From assembly GCA_037190985.1 (NCBI GenBank), contig JBBCKE010000022.1, forward strand, positions 8,405-72,404: a stretch of DNA of 64,000 nt. The letters run 5' to 3'. Made by a program: the position numbers and the translations under genes. Positions 17,491-31,183 of the stretch are shown one piece after another; position 1 is the first letter of the stretch, and each line of letters begins with the position of its first letter. Origin of the DNA: Alphaproteobacteria bacterium (GTDB lineage: Bacteria > Pseudomonadota > Alphaproteobacteria > Rhizobiales > Rhizobiaceae). Under the pieces are notes generated by a model that was not told the origin of the DNA, made no database searches, and saw nothing but the letters and a program-made list of their open reading frames with translations.

Positions 17491-17492
17491 GG

Positions 17493-18005
17493 CTAGAGCG
17501 AGGCCGCCGCCCGCGCGGCCTGGTCGTAGGCGCCCGACAGGGCCCGCAGCACGGCGGCGATGCGCGACAGGTCCTGCGGGTCGTGGCCGAGCTGGCGCGC
17601 GGCGCGCACCACCAGCGCCTCGCGCACCTCGCCGTAGCGCCGGCACAGCCGCGTGCCCTCCTCGGTGATGGCGATGGTCTTCTCCTTGCCGACCCGCCCG
17701 GTCTTCACCAGCCCGTGCTCGACCAGCTTCTTGATGGCGTAGCTGGCCAGATGCGTGTCCTCGATGTTGAGGACGAGGCAGATGTCTGCCAGCGTCTTCG
17801 GCCGCTCGCGATGGTTGACGAGATGCACGATCAGCACCTCGAGCGGCGACATCGCCGGCCCGCCCGCCGCCGCCATGCAGCGCACCGTCCAGCGCTGGAA
17901 GGCGTTGTTGGTCATGGTCAGCGCGAACTCGATCTCCGACAGCGCCGGCAGGCTGGAATCCGCCAGATGCGCCGAGGAGACGACCGGCCCGATCGCCGCC
18001 GCTAT
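17493..18005 (-). CDS. MarR-like winged-helix regulator (COG5631-like); start codon uncertain (ATA)
   Basis: GPVVSSAHLA..LSEIEFAL...NAFQRW..RCMAAAG...KTLADICLVLNIEDTH. The in-frame codon overlapping the dctM stop is ATA. Confidence 0.75.
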   Translation of the reverse strand: MAAAIGPVVSSAHLADSSLPALSEIEFALTMTNNAFQRWTVRCMAAAGGPAMSPLEVLIVHLVNHRERPKTLADICLVLNIEDTHLASYAIKKLVEHGLVKTGRVGKEKTIAITEEGTRLCRRYGEVREALVVRAARQLGHDPQDLSRIAAVLRALSGAYDQAARAAASL

Positions 18006-19309
18006 CAGTTGCTCATCATCGTGCCGGGCAGCCACAGCGCAATCTCCGGAAAAACGGTCAGGATGCCCGTCGCCAATACCAGAAGCAGGAAGAACGGCAA
18101 CGCGTAATAGGCGATCTCGAAGATGTTGCGCCCCGTTATCGACTGGATGACGAACAGGTTGAACCCGACCGGCGGCGTGATCTGGCTCATCTCGACCACC
18201 AGGACGAGGAAGATGCCGAACCAGATCGGGTCGATGCCGGCGGCGAGCACCATCGGCAGGATGACCGACGTGGTCAGCACCACGATGGAGATGCCGTCGA
18301 GGAAGCAGCCGATGATGATGAAGAAGACGAGCAGCACGGCCAGCAGCGCATAGTGCGAGAAACCCTGCTCGCCGATCCAGGCGGCGAGGATGCGCGGCAC
18401 GCCGGTGAAGCCCATGGCGACGGTGAGGAATGAGGCGCCGGCGAGGATGAAGGCGATCATGCAGCTCGTGATCGCCGCCCCGCGCAGCGCGGTGACGAAG
18501 CTGTCGCGGTCGAGGCCGCCGGAGAACCAGGCGATGGCCAGCGCGCCGACGACGCCGAGCACCGCCGCCTCGGTCGGCGAGGCGAAGCCGGCATAGATCG
18601 AGCCGATGACGGCGATGATGAGCAGCACCGTCGGCAGGAGCAGGCCGAGCGCGCGCAGCTTCTCGCGCCAGCTCGCCTTCGGCTCGGGCGGCGGCATGCC
18701 GTCGCGGTTCAGGAGCGCCCAGACCATGACATAGGCCGAGAACATCGCGGCGAGCATGATGCCGGGACCGACGCCGGCGAGGAACAGCCGCGCGATCGAC
18801 TGCTCGGTCGCCGCGCCGTAGACGATCATGATGATCGATGGCGGGATCAGGAAGCCGAACGTGCCAGAGCCGGCCAGCGTGCCGATGGCGATCTTCGGGT
18901 CGTAGCCGCGCCGCTTCAGCTCGGGCAGCGACATGCGCCCGACGGTGGCGGTGGTGGCGGCCGAGGAACCGGAGACGCAGGCGAACAGCGCGCAGCCGAA
19001 GACGTTGACGTGCAGCAGCCGGCCCGGCAGCCGGCGCGTGAACGGCGCCAGCCCCTCGAACATGTCGGCCGACAGGCGCGAGCGGAACAGGATCTCGCCC
19101 ATCCAGATGAACATCGGCAGCGCGGTCAAATCCCAGACGTTCATCGACCCCCAGACGCGGCGGGCGAAGACCGAGGCGATCGGCGCATTGGAGGCGAGCT
19201 CCATCGCCACCAACCCGACGGCCATCAGCGCGAAGCCGACCCACAGGCCCGCGAGCAGCAGGCCGAACAGCACGACGACGAGGATGAGGGAAAGCAGCCC
19301 GATATCCAT
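18005..19309 (-). CDS. dctM: TRAP transporter large permease
   Basis: LTALPMFIWMGEIL, SGSSAAT, GTFGFLIPPSI, ITPPVGFNLFV. Confidence 0.95.
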   Translation of the reverse strand: MDIGLLSLILVVVLFGLLLAGLWVGFALMAVGLVAMELASNAPIASVFARRVWGSMNVWDLTALPMFIWMGEILFRSRLSADMFEGLAPFTRRLPGRLLHVNVFGCALFACVSGSSAATTATVGRMSLPELKRRGYDPKIAIGTLAGSGTFGFLIPPSIIMIVYGAATEQSIARLFLAGVGPGIMLAAMFSAYVMVWALLNRDGMPPPEPKASWREKLRALGLLLPTVLLIIAVIGSIYAGFASPTEAAVLGVVGALAIAWFSGGLDRDSFVTALRGAAITSCMIAFILAGASFLTVAMGFTGVPRILAAWIGEQGFSHYALLAVLLVFFIIIGCFLDGISIVVLTTSVILPMVLAAGIDPIWFGIFLVLVVEMSQITPPVGFNLFVIQSITGRNIFEIAYYALPFFLLLVLATGILTVFPEIALWLPGTMMSN

Positions 19310-19310
19310 C

Positions 19311-19871
19311 TCAGTGTCCTCCCTCGGCGGCTTCGCGCTGGCTCTCGACGGCGCGGAAGGCCGGATCGCCCCCGCGCAGCATGGAAACGAGCTCGTCGAG
19401 AAGCGCGACGGCGAAGATCGCCAGCCCCAGCGTCATCACCCCCTGCGGGATCCAGAGCGGGATGGCGACGATCCCGATCGAGAGCGAGCCGCGCAGGAAG
19501 GACGCCCACGTCAGCAGCCACACCGACCAGAGGGCGAAGACGGAGAGGCCCAGCGCCGCGAGGAGGACGAGGAACGTCATGACCCGGTCGCCGCGCGGGC
19601 CGAACCAGCGCATCAGCAGCGTGACGCGGACATGGCCGGCCGCGCGCAGGGTCCCGGCCAGCGCCAGGAAGGCGGAGGCGACGAACAGGAAGCCGCCGAT
19701 CTCGGCCAGCGACGGGATGATGAAGCCGTAGCGCGGCATGCCGAGGAAGACGGCGACCGCGTCGACCATGCGGGCCACGACCTGGACGAACACCAGCGCC
19801 GCGATGGCGATCATGGAAAGGCACGCGCCGACGAGGGCGGCACCGTAGAGGGCATCGAGCGCCTTGCGCAT
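19311..19871 (-). CDS. dctQ: TRAP transporter small permease
   Basis: Four TM; GHVRVTLL; IPLWIPQ. Confidence 0.92.
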   Translation of the reverse strand: MRKALDALYGAALVGACLSMIAIAALVFVQVVARMVDAVAVFLGMPRYGFIIPSLAEIGGFLFVASAFLALAGTLRAAGHVRVTLLMRWFGPRGDRVMTFLVLLAALGLSVFALWSVWLLTWASFLRGSLSIGIVAIPLWIPQGVMTLGLAIFAVALLDELVSMLRGGDPAFRAVESQREAAEGGH

Positions 19872-20027
19872 CTTGAGCGTCCCCGGAGCGGGGCGGGCGG
19901 GCCGGAACGTCGGACCGAAAACCGAAAAAGCCGGCTTCCGGAACGCGCGGCTCCCGAAGGAGCGGGAGCGTCGCGCCAGCGCCCCTCAACGGGAGGCGGC
20001 GGCGCTCCGGCCCGTCCGCGTTCCGCC

Positions 20028-21023
20028 TTACTGGTTGCGATAGGCCTCGACGACCGCCTTGCCGGCATCGCCGGCGCTGGCTTCCCATTCGGCGGTCATG
20101 GTCTGGCCGATCTCCTGGAGCTTGGCCGCCAGCGCCTCGGTCGGCTGCGACACCTTCATGCCGCCGGCCTCGAGCTCGGCGATCTTGGCCGAGGTCTCCT
20201 CCCTGGACATCTCGAGCCCGCGCGCCTCGGCGGCAGCGGCGGCGTCGAGCAGCGCCTTGCGCTCGTCCTCGCCGAGGGCCTCGAGCGCGGCCGTGTTGAC
20301 GACGATGATGTTCTTCGGCAGCCAGGCCTGGGTGTCGATGTAATAGGTGACGAAGTCCCACGCCTTGGCGTTGGCGCCGGTCGAGGGCGAGGTGATCATC
20401 GCCTCGACGCGCCCGGTCGAGAACGCGGTCGGGATGTCGGTCTCCTCGACCTGCGTCGGCGTCGCGCCAAGCAGGGTGGCGAGCCGCTCGGTGGCGACGT
20501 TGTAGGCGCGGAACTTCAGGCCCTGCATCTGCGCCGGGTCCGTCACCTCGGTCTTGAGATACAGGCTCTGGCCCGGCCATGGCACGGCGTAGAGCACGGT
20601 CAGCCCCTCTTCGGCCAGCTTGGCGGAGACCGCTTCGCGCGAGGCCGCCCACAGCGCCTGCGCCTCGTCGTACGAGGAGGCGAGGAAGGGGATGGAGTCG
20701 AGCGCGAAGATCGGGTCCTCGTTGGCGAGGCGCGACAGGAGGAACTCGCCGATCGGCACCGAGCCGTCGACCACCGCGTCCTTGATCTCGGCATGGCCGA
20801 ACAGCGAATTGGCCGAATGGACGGTGATCGTCAGGCTGCCGTTGGTCGCCGCCTTCACCTCTTCCGCGAACTGGTGGATGTTCTTGGTGTGGAAGATGCC
20901 GTCGCCATAGGGCGTGGGCATGTCCCATGCGGTCTGGGCCCATGCAGTCTGGGTAACGGCGGTGGACGCCGCGAGCGTGATGAAGGCGGCGCCGAGCAGG
21001 CCTGCGCGCGTGAAATGCTTCAT
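20028..21023 (-). CDS. dctP: TRAP substrate-binding protein (pyroglutamate-binding DctP-like)
   Basis: Signal peptide; WDMPTPYGDGIFHT; GLKFRAYN; AWLPKN. Confidence 0.9.
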   Translation of the reverse strand: MKHFTRAGLLGAAFITLAASTAVTQTAWAQTAWDMPTPYGDGIFHTKNIHQFAEEVKAATNGSLTITVHSANSLFGHAEIKDAVVDGSVPIGEFLLSRLANEDPIFALDSIPFLASSYDEAQALWAASREAVSAKLAEEGLTVLYAVPWPGQSLYLKTEVTDPAQMQGLKFRAYNVATERLATLLGATPTQVEETDIPTAFSTGRVEAMITSPSTGANAKAWDFVTYYIDTQAWLPKNIIVVNTAALEALGEDERKALLDAAAAAEARGLEMSREETSAKIAELEAGGMKVSQPTEALAAKLQEIGQTMTAEWEASAGDAGKAVVEAYRNQ

Positions 21024-21103
21024 ATCCCTGTTTCCCTCTGTCGGTTGCGATGCCGGTTATGATCGGTCTTTTCGCCGCGCCGAACACGCGGCACTGATCG
21101 AAA

Positions 21104-21143
21104 GTTGACAGCTCACCAACAATTTGTCAACGATTTGTCAGCG
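21104..21143. promoter_or_regulatory. Putative operator between divergent dctP and oxoprolinase
   Basis: Inverted repeat gttgaca-N14-tgtcaac overlapping 11-bp direct repeats caacaatttgt/caacgatttgt. Confidence 0.55.
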
Positions 21144-21189
21144 AGCGCCGCGAAACCGCCGCGCGAGGGGTTCAAACGGGAGAAAACCG

Positions 21190-24852
<3,663 letters not shown>

Positions 24853-24863
24853 AAGCGGGCATG

Positions 24864-24888
24864 AAAAAGGGGGCGCAAGCCCCCTTTC
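24864..24888. terminator. Bidirectional intrinsic terminator
   Basis: aaagggggc-gcaa-gcccccttt between convergent genes. Confidence 0.8.
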
Positions 24889-24912
24889 GTCGTTCGCCCG
24901 AGGCGCGGCCGC

Positions 24913-26151
24913 TCAGGCCCACTCGCCCTTGCGGAACACCGGCACGAGCCCGCCGTCCGGCCTGACGCCGTCGATGTCTATCCTGTCGGAGCCGATCATC
25001 CAGTCGATGTGGATCAGGCTCGTATTGCCGCCCTGCGCCGCGATCTGGTCCGGCGTGAGCTTGTCGCCGCCGAGGAAGCACTTGGCGTAGCACTGGCCGA
25101 GCGCGATGTGGCACGAGGCGTTCTCGTCGAACAGCGTGTTGTAGAACAGGATGCCGCTCTTCGAGATCGGCGACGAATGCGGCACCAGCGCCACCTCCCC
25201 GAGCCGCCGCGCGCCCTCGTCGGTGTCGAGCACCTTGTTGAGCACCGCCTCGCCGCGCGCCGCCTTCGCCTCGACGATGCGCCCGCCCTCGAAGCGCACG
25301 GAAATGTCGTCGATCAGCGTGCCCTGATAGGACAGCGGCTTGGTGCTCGACACATGGCCCTCGACGCGCAGCGCGTGCGGCGTGGTGAACACCTCCTCGG
25401 TCGGGATGTTGGCGTTGCAGACGACGCCGTTCTTGGCCGTCGAGGCGCCGCCCTGCCATTCGTGGCCGTCGGCCAGCCCGACCGTCAGGTCCGTGCCCGG
25501 TCCGGTGAAGCGCAGCGCGGAGAACCGCTCGCCGTTAAGCCAGTCGCGGCGCACGGCGAGCGCCCGGTTGTGCGCGGCCCATGCCGCGACCGGATCCTCG
25601 CCGTCGACGCGCGAGGCGGAGAAGATGGCGTCGGCCAGCTTACGAACCGCCGTCGCCTCGTCATCGCCCGGAAAGACCAGCTTCGCCCACGCGCTGCCGG
25701 GAAAGGCGACGATGTTCCAGTTGATGTCGAAGCCGGCGATCTTCTCCAGCGCCGGCTTGTAGGCCATGGAATTGGCCTTGTTGGCACGCGCCACCTTTTC
25801 CGGGTCTTCCCCCGACAGGAGCATCGGGTTGTCGCCGACGATGGCGAGCCGCGCCGTGTTCTGTGAGAACGCCCTGGCCATGCCCTCGTAGAGCCAGCCG
25901 GCCGCGCGGTCGAACGAGGCGTCGGGCGCGTGGCGGTAGCGGGCGAGCGCGATCTCCTCGTCGGCGAGGAACGGTGTCACCAGCCCCGCGCCCGCCTTGT
26001 AGGCGTGGGCCGCGATCAACCTGACCAGCGGCAGCGCCGCCGTCGGCGCGGTCATGAGCAGGTCCTGCCCCGGCTGGAGGTTGAGGCCGACCCTGACCGC
26101 GACCTCGGCCAGACGGTCGAGCTTCTGCGGATCGATGACGGGACTGGTCAT
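24913..26151 (-). CDS. Aminopeptidase (M29, AmpS/PepS family)
   Basis: VGLNLQPGQ, NIPTEEVFTTP, LGEVALV, LFDENASCHIALG, IHIDWMIGS; ATG at 26151. Confidence 0.93.
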   Translation of the reverse strand: MTSPVIDPQKLDRLAEVAVRVGLNLQPGQDLLMTAPTAALPLVRLIAAHAYKAGAGLVTPFLADEEIALARYRHAPDASFDRAAGWLYEGMARAFSQNTARLAIVGDNPMLLSGEDPEKVARANKANSMAYKPALEKIAGFDINWNIVAFPGSAWAKLVFPGDDEATAVRKLADAIFSASRVDGEDPVAAWAAHNRALAVRRDWLNGERFSALRFTGPGTDLTVGLADGHEWQGGASTAKNGVVCNANIPTEEVFTTPHALRVEGHVSSTKPLSYQGTLIDDISVRFEGGRIVEAKAARGEAVLNKVLDTDEGARRLGEVALVPHSSPISKSGILFYNTLFDENASCHIALGQCYAKCFLGGDKLTPDQIAAQGGNTSLIHIDWMIGSDRIDIDGVRPDGGLVPVFRKGEWA

Positions 26152-26225
26152 GATGTCTCTTTTCATGGTTGGCGGTCGATGGCCCTGATTGCGCCATCGC
26201 GGCCATGACGGCAAGCGAAGAATCC

Positions 26226-26771
26226 TCACGCGCCGGCGACGATGACCTTGAGCTTGTCGACCGCTTCAGTGAATTCCTCCTCGCTCATCACGTCGAGGCC
26301 GAGCAGGTTCATGCCCCGCATGCCCTGTATGGCGAGATAGACGACCAGCGCCATCGCCGGGTCGCTCGCCGTCTGGCGCATCCGGTCGAGCAGCGCACGG
26401 TTGTGGCGGCGCACCGGCGCGAGGAAGTCGGGGTCCTGCGACAGCGCCGCGAGCAGGCCGGAGGGCGGCGGACGGCGGCAGTCGTGATCCTCGACGAAGA
26501 GTTCGAGATAGGCTTCGAGCATGGCGTCGGCACGGCCGGGCTTCGTCTCCTGACGGCGGGCCAGCTCCTCGTCGAACGAGGCGACGAAGGTCTCGACCAC
26601 CGCCTTGAGCAGCGCCGTCTTCGACGGGAAATGGTAGAGCAGGCCGCCCTTCGACACGCCGGCGCGCGCCGCGACCGCGTCGAGCGACAGGTTGCCGGGG
26701 CCGGACTCGCGAGAGATCTCGGCTGCGGCCTCCAGAATCTTCTGCCTTGTCTTGGAGCGGCGTCCTGACAT
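26226..26771 (-). CDS. TetR/AcrR family regulator
   Basis: LSLDAVAARAGVSKGGLLYHFPSK; ATG at 26771; divergent from the RND pair. Confidence 0.92.
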   Translation of the reverse strand: MSGRRSKTRQKILEAAAEISRESGPGNLSLDAVAARAGVSKGGLLYHFPSKTALLKAVVETFVASFDEELARRQETKPGRADAMLEAYLELFVEDHDCRRPPPSGLLAALSQDPDFLAPVRRHNRALLDRMRQTASDPAMALVVYLAIQGMRGMNLLGLDVMSEEEFTEAVDKLKVIVAGA

Positions 26772-26797
26772 GGGTATTTGCATTTTTCCTTGACTAA

Positions 26798-26811
26798 ACC
26801 GTCCAGACGGT
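26798..26811. promoter_or_regulatory. Putative TetR operator
   Basis: Palindrome accgtc-ca-gacggt just after TTGACT (26790-26795) in the tetR-MFP gap. Confidence 0.7.
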
Positions 26812-26930
26812 ACACTAAGCGCGTCACGCCTTGCAAGCCCCCCTGGCATGCGCCATATAGCCGCCCCAGCCAGAGGGACCCCGCAAGGCCGCTTCCGTCT
26901 TTCTGGAAGAATCAGCGAGCGCCCCTGACC

Positions 26931-28055
26931 ATGATCAAACGTTTCCTCATCGCCATCGTGCTTCTTGGCCTGATCGTCGGCGGTCTCGTCGGCTTCAACA
27001 TGTTCCGCGACCAGGCCATCCAGGACTTCTTCGCCAACATGCCGGCGCAGACCGTCACCGTCTCCACCGTGACCGTGGAGCCGGCGAGCTGGACGCCCGT
27101 CATCGACGCCATCGGCACGGTCAGCGCCAGCCGCGGCGTCGATCTCACGGTCGAGACGACCGGCATCGTCAAGGAGCTGAACATCGCCACCAACCAGCGC
27201 GTCGAGGAAGGCGAGGTGCTCGTGCGGCTCGACGACGCCGTCCAGCAGGCCGATCTCACGGCGACGCGCGCGCAGGCCGCGCTCGACAAGCAGGCGCTGG
27301 AGCGCGCGCTGGAGCTGCGCGAGCGCGGCGTCGGCTCGGCCGTCACGCTCCAGGCCGCGGAAGCGGCCGCCGCCGCCTCGGCCGCGCAGGTTGAGAAGCT
27401 CGAGGCCGTGCTGCAGCAGAAGCAGCTGCGCGCCCCGTTCCCCGGCAAGCTCGGCATTCCGCGCGTCGATGAGGGCCAGTATCTGACCCCCGGCGTCGCC
27501 GTGGTCACGCTCCAGGACATCGACACGATGCGCGCCGACTTCACCGTGCCCGAGCAGCGCCTGTCGCAGCTCAGCGTCGGCCAGAAGGTGCGGCTCACCG
27601 CCGACGGCGACGACACCGCCTTCGTCGGCGAGATCACCGGCATCGACCCCAAGGTCGATCCCTCGAGCCGTCTCGTCTCGGTGCGCGCGGCCATCGACAA
27701 CCCGGAAGGCAGGCTCACCCCCGGCCAGTTCGTGCGCATCAATGTCGAGATGCCGCAGGAAGACGGCGTCATCGCCCTGCCGCAGACCGCGCTCGTCACC
27801 AGCCTCTACGGCGACTACGTCTATGCCGCGCGCCCGAAGGAGGGCGAGGGCGACGACAAAGCGCTCGAGGCCCGCCAGGTCTTCGTCGGCGTCGGCCGCC
27901 GCTCGGGGCGCAACGTCGAGATCGTGTCCGGCCTTTCCGCCGGCGACGTCGTCGTCACCGCCGGCCAGAACCGCCTGTCGAACGGCACCCCGCTCGCCAT
28001 CGACAACACGCTCGATCCGGCGACGGGGCTGAAGAGAGAGGCGGCCGCGCAATGA
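26931..28055 (+). CDS. RND periplasmic adaptor
   Basis: N-terminal TM; LRAPFPGKLGIPRVDEGQY; LTPGQF; VVTAGQNRL; ATG at 26931. Confidence 0.93.
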   Translation: MIKRFLIAIVLLGLIVGGLVGFNMFRDQAIQDFFANMPAQTVTVSTVTVEPASWTPVIDAIGTVSASRGVDLTVETTGIVKELNIATNQRVEEGEVLVRLDDAVQQADLTATRAQAALDKQALERALELRERGVGSAVTLQAAEAAAAASAAQVEKLEAVLQQKQLRAPFPGKLGIPRVDEGQYLTPGVAVVTLQDIDTMRADFTVPEQRLSQLSVGQKVRLTADGDDTAFVGEITGIDPKVDPSSRLVSVRAAIDNPEGRLTPGQFVRINVEMPQEDGVIALPQTALVTSLYGDYVYAARPKEGEGDDKALEARQVFVGVGRRSGRNVEIVSGLSAGDVVVTAGQNRLSNGTPLAIDNTLDPATGLKREAAAQ

Positions 28056-31000
28056 ACTTCTCCGCCATCTTCATCCGCCGGCCGGTCCTTTCGACCGTGC
28101 TCGGCTTCCTGATCCTGCTGCTCGGCTTCCAGGGCCTGTTCAACCTTCAGGTGCGCCAGTATCCGGAGGTCGAGGAGACGGTCATCACCGTCACCACCGT
28201 CTATCCCGGCGCCAGCGCCGACCTGATCCAGGGCTTCATCACCGCGCCCATCGCCGCCGCGGTCTCGACCACCGAGAACGTCGACTACGTCTCGTCGCAG
28301 AGCCGCCCTTCCGCCAGCGTGGTCACGGTGCAGATGCGGCTCGGCTCCGACCCCGACGCGGCGCTGACCGAGGTGATGTCCAAGGTGCAGCAGGTGCGCA
28401 GCCAGCTCCCCGCCGACGCCGAGGACCCGACCATCGTCAAGGGCACGGGCATGCAGTTCGCCACCATGTATCTGGCGCTGCAGAACCCGAACATGACCGC
28501 CGAGCAGGTGACGGAGTATATCGAGCGCGTCATCCGTCCGCGCATGTCGACCATTCCCGGCGTCGCCCAGGTCGAGATCATGGGCGCGGCCAACTATTCG
28601 ATGCGGGTGTGGGTCGATCCGATCCGCCTCGCCGCGCGCGGCATGACCGCCTCGGAAGTGCTGGCGGCGATCAACTCGTCCAACTTCCTCGCCGCCCCCG
28701 GCAAGACGCGCAACGAGTACGTCACCTATCCGGTGACGATGGAATCGACCCTCCAGACGCCGGAAGCCTTCGGGGCGCTGCCGCTCAAGGCCTCCGGCGA
28801 CGACGTCGTGCGCCTGCGCGACGTCGCCGAGGTCGAGCTCGCCGCCGAGAACGCCGACATGGTCGTGACCTTCAACGGCCAGCCCGGCACCTTCATCGGC
28901 GTCTTCCCGACGCCCTCGGCCAACCCGCTCGACACCGCCTCGGCGGTTCTCGACGAATTGCCGGCGATCCAGAACAGCCTGCCCGACGGCATGACGATCA
29001 CGCTGATGTACGACGCGACCGAGTCGATCAGCGCCTCGATCACCGAGGTGTTCAAGACCATCGCCGAAGCCGTCGCCATCGTCGTCGTCATCATCCTCCT
29101 GTTCCTCGGCTCGTTCCGCTCGGTGCTGATGCCGATCGTCACCATCCCGCTGTCGCTGATCGGCGTCTGCTTCGTGCTGTTCGTGCTCGGCTACTCGATC
29201 AACCTCTTGTCGCTGCTGGCCATGGTGCTGGCCATCGGCCTCGTGGTCGACGACGCCATCGTCGTGGTCGAGAACATCCACCGCCATATCGAGGAAGGCC
29301 TGCCGCCCAAGCAGGCCGCCTTCGTCGGCATGCAGGAGATCACCGGCCCGGTCGTGGCGATGACCATCACCCTCGCCGCCGTGTTCGCGCCGCTCGCCTT
29401 CACCGGCGGCCTGACCGGCGCGCTGTTCCGCGAGTTCGCCATGACGCTCGCCGGCGCGGTGGTCATCTCCGGCATCGTCGCGCTGACCATCACGCCGATG
29501 ATGTCGGCGCGGCTGCTCAAGCGCGGCGGCCACAGCCGCTTCCAGCAGGCGGTCGACAATACCTTCGACCGCGTCTCCAACCGCTACGAGCGCCTCGTCG
29601 CCGGCTCGCTGAAATACCGGCCGGTGACGCTGATGATCGTCCTCGTTCTGGTGGCGCTGACCGGCTACCTGTTCATGAACACCTCGAGCGAGCTCGCCCC
29701 CGAGGAGGACGAGGGCGCGCTGTTCGCGCTCATCACCGCGCCGTCCTACGGGACGACCGACTACACCAACGCCTATGCCGAGCAGATGCGCGCCCTGACG
29801 AAGGACCTGCCCGAGCTCGACGCCAATTTCTCGGTCATCGGCTTCGGCGGTCAGACCAATTCCGGCTTCATGCTGTGGGCGTTCAAGGACTGGGCCGAGC
29901 GCACCCGCTCGCAGAAGGAGATCCAGGCGGACATCCAGGCCCGGCTCGCGCCTGTCGCCGGCGTCGAGGCGCTGGTGTTCGCGCCGCCCTCGCTGCCCGG
30001 CACTGGCGGCGGCCTGCCGATCTCGATGGTCATCCAGTCGACCGGCGATTCGAGCCGCGTCTTCGAGGTCGCCGAGGAGATCCGCCTGAAGGCGCAGGAA
30101 ACCGGCCGCTTCATCGTCGTGCAGAACTCGCTCGCCTACAACGCGCAGCAGGTCGTCATCACCATCGACCGCGACCGCGCGGCGGCGCTCAACCTGCCGG
30201 TGCGCGACATCGGCATGACGCTGAGCCTGCTCGTCGGCGGCGGCGCGGTCGCCCAGTTCGACCGCGATTCCAACAGCTACGACATCATCATGCAGGTGCC
30301 GCAGGAATATCGTGACAACCCCGAGCGGCTGGGCGACTTCTTCGTGCGCTCGGCCACCGGCCAGATGGTGCCGCTGTCGGCGGTCATCAGCGTCACGACG
30401 GGCGTCGCGGCCACCGCCATCGAGCAGTTCAGCCAGTTGAACTCGGCGACGATCGCCGCCCTGCCGATGCCGGGCGTGACCACCGGCGACGGGCTGGCGA
30501 CCATCGAGGAGATCGCGCGGCCGCTGCTGCCCGACGGCTTCTTCATCGACTATTCCGGCCAGTCGCGGCTGGAGGTCGAGCAGGGCAACACGATCATGAT
30601 CGCCTTCGCGCTCGCCGTCGTCGTCATCTATCTGGTGCTCGCCGCCCAGTTCGAGAGCTTCCGCGATCCGCTCATCATCATGATGTCGGTGCCGCTGTCG
30701 ATCTTCGGCGCCATCATACCGCTCAATCTCGGCCTCGGCACGCTGAACATCTACACGCAGGTCGGCCTCATCACCCTGATCGGCCTGATCACCAAGCACG
30801 GCATCCTGCTCGTCGAGTTCGCCAACCAGCAGCGCGAGATGCACGGGCTCGACCGCTTCGAGGCCATCGTCGCCTCGGCCAAGGTGAGGCTCAGGCCGAT
30901 CCTGATGACCACGGCGGCGATGTCGCTCGGCGTCGTGCCGCTCATCATCGCCTCGGGCGCCGGCGCGGCGGCGCGCTACTCGATGGGTCTGGTCATCTTC

Positions 31001-31129
31001 ACCGGCGTCATCATCGGCACGATGTTCACCCTGTTCGTGGTGCCGATGTTCTACACCTTCATCGCGCGCAAGGAGATCGCGCACGACGAGGACGACATTC
31101 CGCAGGCGGCACCGACGACGGCGCACTGA
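28052..31129 (+). CDS. RND efflux permease (MexW/MexI-like)
   Basis: FIRRPVL, VRQYP, GLVVDDAIVVVEN, KHGILLVEFAN, RLRPILMTT. Confidence 0.95.
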   Translation: MNFSAIFIRRPVLSTVLGFLILLLGFQGLFNLQVRQYPEVEETVITVTTVYPGASADLIQGFITAPIAAAVSTTENVDYVSSQSRPSASVVTVQMRLGSDPDAALTEVMSKVQQVRSQLPADAEDPTIVKGTGMQFATMYLALQNPNMTAEQVTEYIERVIRPRMSTIPGVAQVEIMGAANYSMRVWVDPIRLAARGMTASEVLAAINSSNFLAAPGKTRNEYVTYPVTMESTLQTPEAFGALPLKASGDDVVRLRDVAEVELAAENADMVVTFNGQPGTFIGVFPTPSANPLDTASAVLDELPAIQNSLPDGMTITLMYDATESISASITEVFKTIAEAVAIVVVIILLFLGSFRSVLMPIVTIPLSLIGVCFVLFVLGYSINLLSLLAMVLAIGLVVDDAIVVVENIHRHIEEGLPPKQAAFVGMQEITGPVVAMTITLAAVFAPLAFTGGLTGALFREFAMTLAGAVVISGIVALTITPMMSARLLKRGGHSRFQQAVDNTFDRVSNRYERLVAGSLKYRPVTLMIVLVLVALTGYLFMNTSSELAPEEDEGALFALITAPSYGTTDYTNAYAEQMRALTKDLPELDANFSVIGFGGQTNSGFMLWAFKDWAERTRSQKEIQADIQARLAPVAGVEALVFAPPSLPGTGGGLPISMVIQSTGDSSRVFEVAEEIRLKAQETGRFIVVQNSLAYNAQQVVITIDRDRAAALNLPVRDIGMTLSLLVGGGAVAQFDRDSNSYDIIMQVPQEYRDNPERLGDFFVRSATGQMVPLSAVISVTTGVAATAIEQFSQLNSATIAALPMPGVTTGDGLATIEEIARPLLPDGFFIDYSGQSRLEVEQGNTIMIAFALAVVVIYLVLAAQFESFRDPLIIMMSVPLSIFGAIIPLNLGLGTLNIYTQVGLITLIGLITKHGILLVEFANQQREMHGLDRFEAIVASAKVRLRPILMTTAAMSLGVVPLIIASGAGAAARYSMGLVIFTGVIIGTMFTLFVVPMFYTFIARKEIAHDEDDIPQAAPTTAH

Positions 31130-31183
31130 CCCGCCGTCGCGCGCCCCCGCGGGATGGGCAGGGGCCGGCCCTCGCGCCGGCCC

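Noticed and set aside
19872-20027. Hairpin-rich gap between dctP and dctQ as an sRNA
   Set aside because: Stem-loops after binding-protein genes are typical mRNA-stabilising or partial-termination elements. No separate promoter seen.
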